A DNA stretch of 64,000 bases from Octopus sinensis (lineage: Eukaryota), in contig NW_021833891.1 in assembly GCF_006345805.1 (NCBI RefSeq), forward strand, positions 5,678 to 69,677, in the 5' to 3' direction. The notes under the pieces were generated by a model that worked only from the letters and a program-made list of their open reading frames with translations, had not been told where the DNA came from and searched no databases. The translations under genes and the position numbers were made by a program. Of the stretch, positions 23,308-35,484 are shown piece after piece. Every line of letters begins with the position of its first letter. The stretch's first letter is position 1.

Positions 23308-24149
23308 CTTACCTGTCTATTAAATATATATATATGACAGGTAAGCTAATGTTAACATAATTAATTCAGGAAACGTTTAAATATGAACTATATGTGTGAT
23401 GAGGCAGACAAGGCAGCAGGCAGACTAGTAAACCGAACGGTTTACTGTTAGATAGATAGATAGATGCCCTAACCACTGGGCCATTGCGCCTCCACTGTTT
23501 TGGTGTATATAGAATAGAAATCTCCAAAGAAGTAAGGTAAATAGTTATATATACACAAAGCGTGTGCGTGGGTGTGTTTGCGTGTGCGTGTGTGTATCTA
23601 ATACGATGAGAAAAGTTTCCCATGGGTTGAGACGGCCAAGACAGCTTGGCAGAAATGTTCACCTGTCAATGTTTGTTGACTTAGCAACAGCAAACGAGGT
23701 TTCCAGGAACCTCACCCGACGATGCTAGTTTTGGTATACACGTGATACCGAGAGAATATGAGGAGACAAGGTGGGTATGTATACACACAAGACAATAAGT
23801 AATAACAAACCATAACCACACTCACACACGCTGGTACACACACGTATACAGCAGACGTAAAGAATAGTAATTCGATTCAATTATGTTTTGTGGTATTACG
23901 TAGAACCGAAGTTTTTCAAAGGCTGCTGGATTGCCACTAAGGCTATAGGATAACGTAGGAATTGCTCCCCTGGGGAGCCAAACACAAACAACTCCCCGCC
24001 TCTTGTTCCCATCTTCTTAAAGAAAACAGAAACAAAACTCAACGAGTCAGCACATACCGACGAGTGAAACTCTTTTGTGGCTGTTCCACCTGCTGAAAAC
24101 AACAGCCAAATCTCCTTCAACCCTCACCTGATTCTAAACAACAAACTAC

Positions 24150-24565
24150 TATTTACTCTCTTTACTCTTTTACTCTTTTACTTGTTTCAGTCATTTGACT
24201 GCGGCCAAGCTGGAGCACCGCCTTTAGTCGAGCAAATCGACCCCGGGACTTATTCTTTGTAAGCCCAGTACTTATTCTATCGGTCTCTTTTGCCGAACCG
24301 CTAAGTGACGGGGACGTAAACACACTGGCATCGGTTGTCAAGCAATGCTAGGGGGACAAAACACACACCACCACACACATATATATATATATATACATAT
24401 ATACGACAGGCTTCTTTCAGTTTCCGTCTACCAAATCCACTCACAAGGCATTGGTCGGCCCGGGGCTATAGCAGAAGACACTTGCCCAAGATGCCACGCA
24501 GTGGGACTGAACCCGGAACCATGTGGTTGGTTAGCAAGCTACTTACCAGACAGCCACTCCTGCGC
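24150..24565 (-). mobile_element. Full-length SINE family A
   Basis: Near-identical to 10990-11413. Confidence 0.9.
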
Positions 24566-24724
24566 ATATTTACTGTTTTGATTTACATGCAAGTACGGCT
24601 TACAAAGAACGGATCGTGCTTCTATCTCTGAGACTGATTGTCGTACATAATGGCAGAGTATTCCGTAGATCAAAGAATCAGTAACTTCTTTATGAAGTGC
24701 TTTTATAATTCATCGTTCATTTTT

Positions 24725-24895
24725 TTACTTGCTTCGGTCATTAGACTGCGGTCATGCTGAATTGCTGAATAGTTTTGCTTTAAACCTGGTACTTATTCTA
24801 TTAGTCTATTTTGCCGAACCTCTAAGTTATGGGGGCGTAAGCACACCAGCATCGGTTGGTAGGGGACAAACACAGGCACAAATACACACACACAC

Positions 24896-24948
<53 letters not shown>

Positions 24949-24997
24949 ATCTTACCTAGCCATCCATCTATCTATCTATCTATCTATCTATCAATGA

Positions 24998-25061
<64 letters not shown>

Positions 25062-25174
25062 GTCTGTCTGTCTGTCTGTCTGTATGTCTGTCTGTCTATC
25101 TATCTATCTATCTATATTAACTATCTATCTATCATTCTTTCTATCTATCTATCTATCTATCTATCTATCATCTA

Positions 25175-25215
<41 letters not shown>

Positions 25216-25478
25216 ATCTATCTATCTATCTATATATATATACATGCATACATACATACATACATACATACATACATACATACATACATACATACATACA
25301 TACATACATACATACGACGGGCTTCTTTCAGTTTTCATCTACCAAATTCAATCGCAAGACGTTGGTCGGCCCAAGGGTACTGTAGAAAACATTTACCCAA
25401 GATGTGACGCAGCGGCACTGGACCCCGAACCATGATATTGCGAAGCAAGCTTCTTCTCACGCAACCATATCTACGCCT
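24725..25478 (-). mobile_element. Diverged family A-related SINE with expanded internal (TCTA)n/(TACA)n
   Basis: Family A 3' half at 24725-24890 and 5' half at 25316-25478 flank about 420 bp of tetranucleotide repeat. Confidence 0.7.
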
Positions 25479-25597
25479 TCTTTCTTTTTTTTTACATTCG
25501 TATATGACTCGCCCCACGTATATATTATACCAAATCTTACGAAAGCATCCCGTGTACCCCCAAACGTTCCCATCGCCGGCAACGCTTATGTATATTT

Positions 25598-25978
25598 GGA
25601 AGCACTCCGTCGGTTACGATGACGGGGGTTCCGGTTGATCCGAATCAACGGAACAGCCTGCTCGTGAAATTAACGTGTAAGTGGCTGAGCACTCCACAGA
25701 CACGTGTATCCTTAACGTAGTTTCGGGGATATTCAGCGTGACACAGAGAGTGACAAGGTCGGCCCTTTTGAAATACAGGTACACAGAACAGGAGTAAGAG
25801 TGAGAGAAAGTTGTGGTGAAAGAGTACAGCAGGGATCACCACCATCCCTTGCCGGAGCCTCGTGAGTTTTTAGGTGTTTTCGCTCAATAACCACTCACAA
25901 ACGCCCGTCTGGGAATCGAAACCGCGATCCTACGACCGCGAGTCCGCTGCCCTAACCACTGGGCCATTGCGCCTCCAC
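25598..25978 (-). mobile_element. Full-length SINE family C
   Basis: tggaagcactccgtcggttacg...gggccattgcgcctcca. Confidence 0.9.
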
Positions 25979-26394
25979 GCTTATGTATAAGGACCCCCTT
26001 CGGTCATGAATGACCATGGGATTGCACCTAGAAAGTTCCCCTCCGCGGCACAAATCCAGGCAAGGCTGTTTATGGAAGACCCGCAGTTACCCATGCTTAC
26101 CAGCCTTTCCTCTTTCCATTCCACTGATGTTATCCGAGGGAAAAGCAAAGGCTGCTACAGCTTGGCACCAGTGACATCGCAACTCATTTCTACAGCTAAG
26201 TGAACTGGAGCAACAAGGAATCGAACTCGCTACTGCATGATTGCGAGCCCGACGCTTTAACCACTGAGCCATGCGCCTTCATGACACAGAAGATTATATA
26301 AATGCCGTAAACTATTCAATGACCCACAAATACATTGAAAGGTTATAATTGTCTAATTAAGTTTGTTGCAAGTCCAAAAAAATCAGGCAATCGT

Positions 26395-26749
26395 TCCCAG
26401 AAATAGAGTGCTAGATTAACAATCATCGGACTTGTGATCTCTAACACAACCTGTCACATAGCCATGAGTTGAGAAGGATTCTTTGGAGTTTGGATAATTC
26501 CCCTTTGGAAACATGTGCGTTCTGTTCAACACACAGCTCCATGAATTCCTTTCAACACATATACTCAGCCACTAAAGGACAACTGGTTAAGGTCAAACAA
26601 CTGACAAGCAAATCTGTGGTATTGGGCAGAATATTTGCTGTAGCCCATCTTTTATACCAAGACAAAACAATGTACATGATAACACTTCCAATCAGTTAAG
26701 ATCAGAAGCCATGAGAGCCACTGTCTGGTACTGCATCAGGGCATTTATC

Positions 26750-26760
<11 letters not shown>
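26395..26760. repeat. Interspersed repeat related to 15320-15670 and 40860-40960
   Basis: Shared catagccatg.gttgaga, cagccactaa and gtagcccatct...ccaagacaaaa blocks in either orientation. Confidence 0.55.
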
Positions 26761-26810
<50 letters not shown>

Positions 26811-26821
26811 TGTACTTAAGC

Positions 26822-27077
26822 TCAGGAGTGGCTGTGTGGTAAGTAGCTTGCTTACCGAACACATGGTTCCGGGTTCAGTCCTACTGCGTGGCACCTTGGG
26901 CAAGTGCCTTCTACTATAGCCTCGGGCCGACTACAACCTTGTGATTGGATTTGGTAGACGGAAACTGAAAGAAGCCCGTCGTATATATGTATATATATAT
27001 ATATACACACACACTCAAACATGCACGCATACACACATACGCGCATGCATAGCATAACATGCACGTAACTGTATTTA

Positions 27078-27131
<54 letters not shown>

Positions 27132-27608
27132 CATACGTGTACACACGCACTACACACACTGCCCACACAAACACATATTCTACAAATAATATGCAGGAGT
27201 GGCTGTGTGGTAAGTAGCTTGCCTATCAACCACATGGTTCTGGGTTCAGTCCCACTGCGTGGCATCTTGGGCAAGTGTCTTCTGCTATACCCCCGGGCCG
27301 ACCAATGCCTTGTGAGTGGAATTGGTAGACGGAAACTGAAAGAAGCCTGTCGTATATATGTATATATATATATATATATGCGTGTGTGTGTTTGTGTGAG
27401 TGTGTTTGTCCCTCTAGCATTGCTTGACAACCGATGCTGGTGTGTTTACGTCCCCGTCACTTAGCGTTTCGGCAAAAGAGACCGATAGAATAAGTACTGG
27501 GCTTACAAAAAGAATAAGTCCCGGGGTCGATTTGCTCGACTAAAAAGGGCGGTGCTCCAGCATGGCCGCAGTCAAATGACTGAAACAAGTAAAAGAGTAA
27601 AAGAGTAA

Positions 27609-27610
<2 letters not shown>
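26822..27610 (+). mobile_element. Two SINE family A copies (5' half 26822-27000; full copy 27193-27610)
   Basis: Both begin caggagtggctgtgtggtaagtagcttgc. Confidence 0.88.
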
Positions 27611-27639
<29 letters not shown>

Positions 27640-27769
27640 TGCATATGCACACAAGAGACAATACACACACACACACACAAACAATAAAGCGATATGTAGA
27701 CGTGTGAAAGAAGTAAATAGACGGAACAGAATTCTAAGAATGTTAATGCGATTGTGGATAGTGACTGCA

Positions 27770-27777
27770 AAGTTGTG

Positions 27778-27808
<31 letters not shown>

Positions 27809-28059
27809 TTGCGGGTGTGTTTGTGTGAGAGTGTATAGATATACATGTTCACACACACACATTTTTATACATTTGCATACAGACAGACACACATATATAA
27901 TATTATATATGTGTGTGTGTGTGTGTGCGTGCGTATGTATGTATGTGTGTATGTATGTATGTATGTATGTATGTATGTATGTATGTATGTATGTATACAA
28001 TATATATATATATATGTGCGTGTATAGATACGTACATGCTATATACATATATATATATC

Positions 28060-28120
<61 letters not shown>

Positions 28121-28933
28121 GTATATGCATATATATATATTGTATAATGTACCATACAATATATACATATACATAGACATGTATATATATACATATATAT
28201 ATATACCTATATATATGTATGTGTATGCATTATATATATGTATATATGTATGTATATATATATACATATATATATATACATATATAGATATACATATATA
28301 GGTATACATATAAATATATATGTATATATATATATACATATATATATACACATACACACGTGTGTATGTGTGTATATTTGTTTGCATGTGCGGTATATAA
28401 TGTTCAGGCAACATCTCCAGCGTTATTAATGTCAACAAAAGTAACTAAACGATCCATTGGGTGGGGATGGGCATGAAAAGATCTAACAGCTGTAATAACA
28501 AATATGGCGTCGAATCTTGGGTGAGGAAGGAGTACTCTGTATGGCGCATGCATGCATTCTTGTATGCATGTATGTATGTATGTATGTATGTATGTATGTA
28601 TGTATGTATGTATGTATGTTTTCATCTGTGTATGTACGTTTGCATGCAAGCATGTATATATGCTTCTATGAATGTACGTATCTTTGTGTGTATGTATGTA
28701 TGTATTTATGTATGTATGTATGTATTCATATATATATATATATGAATGCATTAATATATGTATGGATACGTATCTTGTGTGTATGTATGGATGTATGTAT
28801 GTATGCATTCATGCATGTATGTATGTGTATGTATATATATATATATATATACATACATATAAGTATGCATGTATGCATATATTGTAGAGCTGAATATATA
28901 TCATTAATGAGTACTTATCTTCGTTTGTTCATC

Positions 28934-28999
<66 letters not shown>

Positions 29000-29000
29000 G
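27770..29000. repeat. Compound (TG)/(TATG)/(TA) microsatellite
   Basis: Direct inspection; similar tracts at about 10255-10700, 12440-12900, 18090-18420, 33020-33700, 54160-54340 and 61940-62260. Confidence 0.95.
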
Positions 29001-30119
29001 CCACTTGTATTTGAACACTATACAAATATTCTTTTTAAAAAACTTTTCTTTTAATTTATCTAAATTTAATTGTTTTACATACTTACAGTTGAAAAGGTCT
29101 CAATGACTGAAACCGGTACTGAAATGTTTTTTATAAAATTTTCATCAACATTTTTGATAATTTTGATCGAAATTTTTGAAAATTTTGATCAAGATTTCTC
29201 AAAATTTTTCTGAAAATTTTCATCAAAAGTTCTGAAAAGTTTGGAAGGTTTTTTGAAAATTTTCATCAAAATTTATGAAAATTATCCTCAAAAATTTTTT
29301 TTGAAAATTTTCCCCCAAAATTTTGGAAACTTCATCGGCGTTTTCTCAGCCTCCAGTAGCAAAGATCACAGGTTATACATTTCTGTTCAGCCATGTCCGA
29401 TGATTGCTAATATACCTCTGCACTTCTGGAAGATTTTCAGCATGAAACCGTTCGGTAAAATAAATTGGCTGTTATGAGACTATAATATATAAATAATGTA
29501 TATATGAGTAATGTGTGTGTATGCATGTGTATGTATGTATGTATGTATGTGTATACGTATGCATGTGTATTATATTTATATAATGCATGTATGTATGCAT
29601 ATATATATATATATATTATATATATATATATATATAATATATATATCATATATATATATAATATCTCGAAACGTTTAGTAGGATGAAACCTTAGCGACTG
29701 AGAAGGGGATTTTTCGTTGGCTTATTGTCCTGTATCTCTCTTTTTTTTGCTTGTCTTGTTCCTTGGTTTGTGTCTATGTGTTTCGTCTCTCTCTAGTGTT
29801 CGACGTCTTTTTGGTGTCCTGTACAATATATGCGTGTATATGTACATGTAGAGGTAGGTACGTACATATATGTTTATATAGGCATATGTCTTATTTTATT
29901 AACATATATATATATATATATATAAATAGCACAATAATGCTGACTAAATTGAAAACAACATAAGGTGTATATATTACACATAAATCTTCTAATGTATAAA
30001 TATTAACGTTCATCACTCAAATACAAAAGCGAAAACAATTGAACTAAATATACACACCCTCGTGGGATCAACTCTGCAGAACACGAGGCGTTAACCATAT
30101 ATATATAAGGAAACGTTAG

Positions 30120-30468
30120 CTGTTAGATCACCTGATCATCCACCAACTCGTATCTGACCACTTTACCTCCCACACCCACATCTTCCTCAACCCATCCCAC
30201 AAACGTGCCCACAGCCTACGTAATCTATTGTTTCGTTGCTTCTTCCCCACTCCCAGCATCAAACCTATCTCCTTCCATTGCTCTCATCTCCTTCCATTGC
30301 TCTCATCTCCTTCCATTGCTCTCATCTCCTTCCATTGCTCTCATCTCCTTCCATTGCTCTCATCTCCTCTCTAATACCATTATCCTCCTCATCGGTACCC
30401 ACCATCGCTCCTACCACATCGCGACTCATTCACTTGCACTTCTATTTATTTGACCTACTGCATCCACT

Positions 30469-30525
<57 letters not shown>

Positions 30526-30820
30526 CCCCACCGTCTGCCGACCCCTGTATATTGTTTGTGTTCGGCCTGGCCTTGCACAGATGCCATTCGGACTCCTGCA
30601 TCCGTCTGGAGCAGGGATAAAATTTTCTCTCTCTGTACTTCAGTCCCTCATGGCCTTAATTCTCCAGCTGTCTTCATTTGCACATCCCACTTCAACACAC
30701 ATTTACACACATCACACCTCTTACCTTCCTTCTGTCCCCTCAATCTCTACGTCACACATACACCTACTCTACACCCGTTTAACTTATTACCTAACACCAC
30801 GCGATACAATTAAGCATTAA
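30120..30820 (+). mobile_element. Degenerate Penelope-like element GIY-YIG region, interrupted by a short tandem repeat and a (CT)n tract
   Basis: SHKRAHSLRNLLFR, SFTCTSIYLTYCIHCSL, CRPLYI and SHFNTHLH resemble PLE motifs KR..NLR..LVR, FTC.S.NLIYCI.C..C, LYIG and HFN...H. Confidence 0.65.
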
Positions 30821-31175
30821 AGATTAAAAATTAAGAATTAAAAATTAAAATCATACTATGTAATATTAACAACTAAGATTTATAAATGATACATTATAAA
30901 TATGAATTAGTATATATATATATCAATCATGTAAAATCAGGAAATGTCAAATATAGAATATGAGATATAAAATTATACAACAGAATAAAAATGTGTGTGT
31001 TTAAATGTGACATATAACAAGAAAAATCCAAATACATATACCTGACTGATTTGGAAATTTATTTTCCCAAATTATTTATACTATATGGGAATTTTTGTTT
31101 TGTAGTACGAGCAGAAATCCGCAGTACGAGCACACATATATATATACATACATATATATACACACACATATATAT

Positions 31176-31235
<60 letters not shown>

Positions 31236-31539
31236 CACACAGCGGTGACCTAATACAAACCAACACATATTTCTCCGTTTCTCCCGTTGTTTCACTTCTT
31301 CCTCTACTAAACACTTCATTTAACTTGTCTTACTTTCAAAAAGAGATTATGCTTGACACGTCGTAAACTCTTCTGCTTTCGTACTTTTATTGCGAATCAA
31401 ACTAATTCTCCTCGTTGATCTCGAACTTACATGCGTAAATAGTTTTTTTTTTCTTAAATTTGATTAGAAGTATAAAGAAAACATCACTACATAGACTTAG
31501 AGATGGACTTGTAGTCTTTAGAAAGATTTAATTAAACAG

Positions 31540-32040
31540 TTTCATAATTGTTTCATAATGTCTTGCAAACAACTTGCACATGCAAGTGCTACCAGTTGAA
31601 AGCTCCGTATATAGGAAGCCAGCAAGTGTATGGGGTCATCAGGAGAGAATGCGCGCTGTTTCGGGGCCTACCTCTCGACGGCATCAATGCGCACCGGCCC
31701 TCCTCACTGATATGAGGCCCCGCTTGCTAGATCAGCTGGTTATGAAGAACTCAATATACTTCTAGCCATGACGTTGAAAAGCAATGTGTTCGTCGACTCT
31801 GAACAGTAGTTGAAAATTTGTTGCTGTTTATAAACAGATTTGGTTCAAATTGCCATCGGTAGAGGTACAGCTTGGCTGGTTGTGTGACTCTATGAATGAT
31901 AGTTGCATCAGAATTTAAGGATATGTTAGGCCAGCGGATGTGTCATGTGACGGCATCGATGACAATTGCGCGTTATGTCCATGTATTAGATCACGTGGTA
32001 GTAGGGATGAGGATTGTGCCAAAAGTCAAGGCTGTGTTAA
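31540..32040 (-). mobile_element. Highly degenerate RTE-like LINE C-terminal fragment
   Basis: TILIPTTT*SNTWT..IDAVT*HIRWPNISLN...TTVQSRR...GRPR loosely matches RTE motifs PTLLY..ETWT...IDAF...IRWP..ISN...RRR...GRPR. Confidence 0.35.
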
Positions 32041-32169
32041 CCAGCACAAACGATAGTACAAACGACAAGTCGTCAGAATAGCTAAAACTAGAAAAATAAC
32101 TTATTTGTGTATATGTTTGTCAATTTGTGTGTGAGATTGTGAACTACAATAATGTAATGTTTTGGTTTG

Positions 32170-32390
32170 GCTGTTGTTCTAGTTTATTCAGTCGTGGAAA
32201 AACGAAGAATTTTGGAGTTTTGTTTGTTGCACGTTTAAATGTTCACTTAGTGGAATCTGTCTTGTGTTTCGATCTCGTATTTGTTGCCTATGAGTATTGA
32301 GCCTGGTTGCTAACGCAAGTTTTGTTTGATTTATATAATCTTCGTTACAACCATTACATTTTGCGGCATAAATGATCACTGCTAGCAAAA
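32170..32390 (-). mobile_element. Penelope-like element GIY-YIG fragment
   Basis: VIIYAAKCNGCNEDYINQTKLALATRLNTHRQQIRDRNTRQIPLSEHL matches IY...C..C...YIG.T...L..R...H...I......P.S.H. Confidence 0.75.
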
Positions 32391-33474
32391 ACCTTCGACC
32401 ATAAGTCTGTTGGATCAGAAATGACCAAGGGTTAAACAACAAGAGCACAAAAACAACAACAAAGAAGGACACACTGGATGATGTAATCCTAGACACACTA
32501 TGTCTGAAGTAAAAGACAGAAAGGTCACAGCTACAACATCATTCATTACAAGTTTGGTAGATCAAGGCTGACCCAGGTTTAAGCCACCGCATACGTCCAT
32601 CCGGCTGAGAATACCGAACTCACTTCTACCATCCACTATCTACTGTTTAATTAAGACCCAAACGTCTTTAATAATTAAGTAGAATGTTAACAACTTTAAT
32701 AGTTTGCTTTAATGGTCTATTTTAATGGCCTGTTTTAATGGTATATTTTAATGGTCTACTTGGTAAATATAAACAGATGGTTGCAATCAAAGCCCAAACA
32801 ATCATAACTGAACTGGCTGCTCTATAAAAACACAATAAAAGTAGAGAGTGGGTAAATATGTGTCCGAGAGATACACTGTGTGTGTGTGTATGTGTGCGCG
32901 CGAGCGCGTTTGAATATGTTTGATGCAGGGGTAGGGATAGATGTTCTCTATTCTCGTAAATACGAAATAAGTATTCAGCCTGTTTCCTTTTAAATAAACA
33001 TGCCAAAAGTCTATTTTTGTAGCCTAATATATGTATGTATGTATGTATGTATGTGTATGTATGTATGTATGTATGTATGTATGTATGTATGTACATATAT
33101 GTACATATATGTATGTATGTATGTACACACACACATATATATATATATGTGTGTGTGTATATGTGTATATATATGTGTATATGTGTGTATATGTTTATAT
33201 ATGTATATGTATGTGTGTATATATTTATATATATATATGTGTGTATATGTATATGTATATAGGTATATATATGTATGTTTGTATATATATATATATGTGT
33301 ATATATATACATATATGTATATATATGTATATATGTATGTGTATACATATATATGTATGTATATGTATATACATATGTATATATATATGTATATGTATGC
33401 ATATGTGTATATATATATGTATATATATGTGTATGTATAGATATATAAATATATGTGTATATATATATGTATAG

Positions 33475-33513
<39 letters not shown>

Positions 33514-33601
33514 AATATATATATATATATATATAATATATATATAATATATATATATATATTTATATATATAATATATATGTATATAAATATATATATG
33601 T

Positions 33602-33678
<77 letters not shown>

Positions 33679-33806
33679 TTATATTATATATAAATGTATA
33701 ATACAAATAAGAAAATGGAGGAACAGATTCATTTCAATCATCGACTTACAGATATTACCAATTCATATTATTCATTAACTACATAAATAGGAACATCCAA
33801 ATTCAA

Positions 33807-33886
<80 letters not shown>

Positions 33887-34093
33887 GCTTTTATACTCAA
33901 TAATAATAAAAAAATTTTTCCATTAATCTGAAGGATTATTCTCTACTTTTGCACAGTACAAGTTTATTCTAAAACAACAATGTTGTTGACAGTGACTTCG
34001 GAGTTGAGTCAGTTAATTAGTCCGACGATGGCTGAACTGGCCGAAGCATCGAAGCCACTGTCAACAATATTCTTTATTGTGCATGCATATGTG

Positions 34094-34146
<53 letters not shown>

Positions 34147-34148
<2 letters not shown>

Positions 34149-34590
34149 CTCTTTTACTCTTTTACTTGTTTCAGCCATCCGGCTGAGGCCATGCTGGGGC
34201 ACCGCCCTTGTTGCTACCCTCTCTAAGTCCAGTTTGCCGTGGCTGGCCACTGATCTAAGAGAGAGTTTGTAGCTGCTGCCCTTAGGTTACCTTCGTACCT
34301 TGCAGTGGGTTCATCTGGGATCCCGGAAAGCAGCTTGTCTAGATGTTTTTTGAAAATGTCCACATCCGCATCATGCAGATCTCTTAGTTTTCTTGGCAGT
34401 TGTTGACAGCTGAGGGCCCCTGAACCCCAGGCTATTACAGTAGCTGCTCCTTACCCTGGATGTGGAAGACGGGACCTTTGGCACCACACAGTGACGTCCT
34501 GTACGGGGATTGGAACAGCTCTCAATTCCAAAATTTGGTGCTAGTCCCTCCAGGATTTTCCATATGTATATCACTGCATATCTCTTCAAA
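34147..34590 (-). mobile_element. 3' end of a CR1-like LINE including its 3' UTR and (AAAGAGT)n-type tail
   Basis: KRYAVIYIWKILEGLAPNFGI...NPRTGRHCVVP...CNSLGFRGPQL / LPRKLRDLHDADVDIFKKHLDKLLSGIPDEP...RAAATNSLLDQ, stop, then gcggtgccccagcatggcctcagccggatggctgaaacaagtaaaagagtaaaagag. Confidence 0.8.
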
Positions 34591-34815
34591 TATTTTGATG
34601 TCGCATGGTCAGAAGGTTTGAGGTACGTAGCATTTGATAAATCTATGATAAATCTATTTCAATGGAAAGCTGTGCTGAAGAAGGATGTGAAATATATATG
34701 CAATATATATGAAATATATATCAAAAGTATATATGAACTATATATTCAATAGTTTATAATCCAGAAACATGATGTTCACAGATAACCACCAGACTTCGTT
34801 TTCGAAATCTATAAT

Positions 34816-34847
<32 letters not shown>

Positions 34848-34983
34848 ATATATATATAAAATATATATATATATATAATATATATATAAAATATATATAT
34901 ATATATATATATTAAATATATATATTAATATATATATATATATAATATATATATAATATATATATAATATATATATATATATT

Positions 34984-35032
<49 letters not shown>

Positions 35033-35109
35033 TATAATAAATATATATACTATATTATATAGATATGTAACATATATATATATATATTAATAAAATATAT
35101 ATATAATAT

Positions 35110-35157
<48 letters not shown>

Positions 35158-35158
35158 C

Positions 35159-35189
<31 letters not shown>

Positions 35190-35190
35190 T

Positions 35191-35238
<48 letters not shown>

Positions 35239-35267
35239 ATATAACATATATTATATATATTCTATAT

Positions 35268-35330
<63 letters not shown>

Positions 35331-35440
35331 ACTATATATATATATATATATATAGATATATATATATATAACATAATAATATATATATATAATATATATA
35401 TATATATCTATATATATATATATATTATATATATATATAT

Positions 35441-35484
<44 letters not shown>

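Noticed and set aside
23896-24120. 74-aa minus-strand ORF
   Set aside because: Its start derives from an interspersed repeat (gagatttggctgttgttttc); no homology or splice support.
29666-29830. cgaaacgtttag... as another PLE terminal repeat or hammerhead
   Set aside because: Only the GAAACGUU half is present; upstream is (TA)n with no CUGANGA.
31920-32056. Cys-rich + strand frame (VSCDGIDDNCALCPC...) resembling a metal-binding repeat
   Set aside because: Short, bounded by stops, no convincing splice sites; the opposite strand fits a degenerate RTE LINE better.
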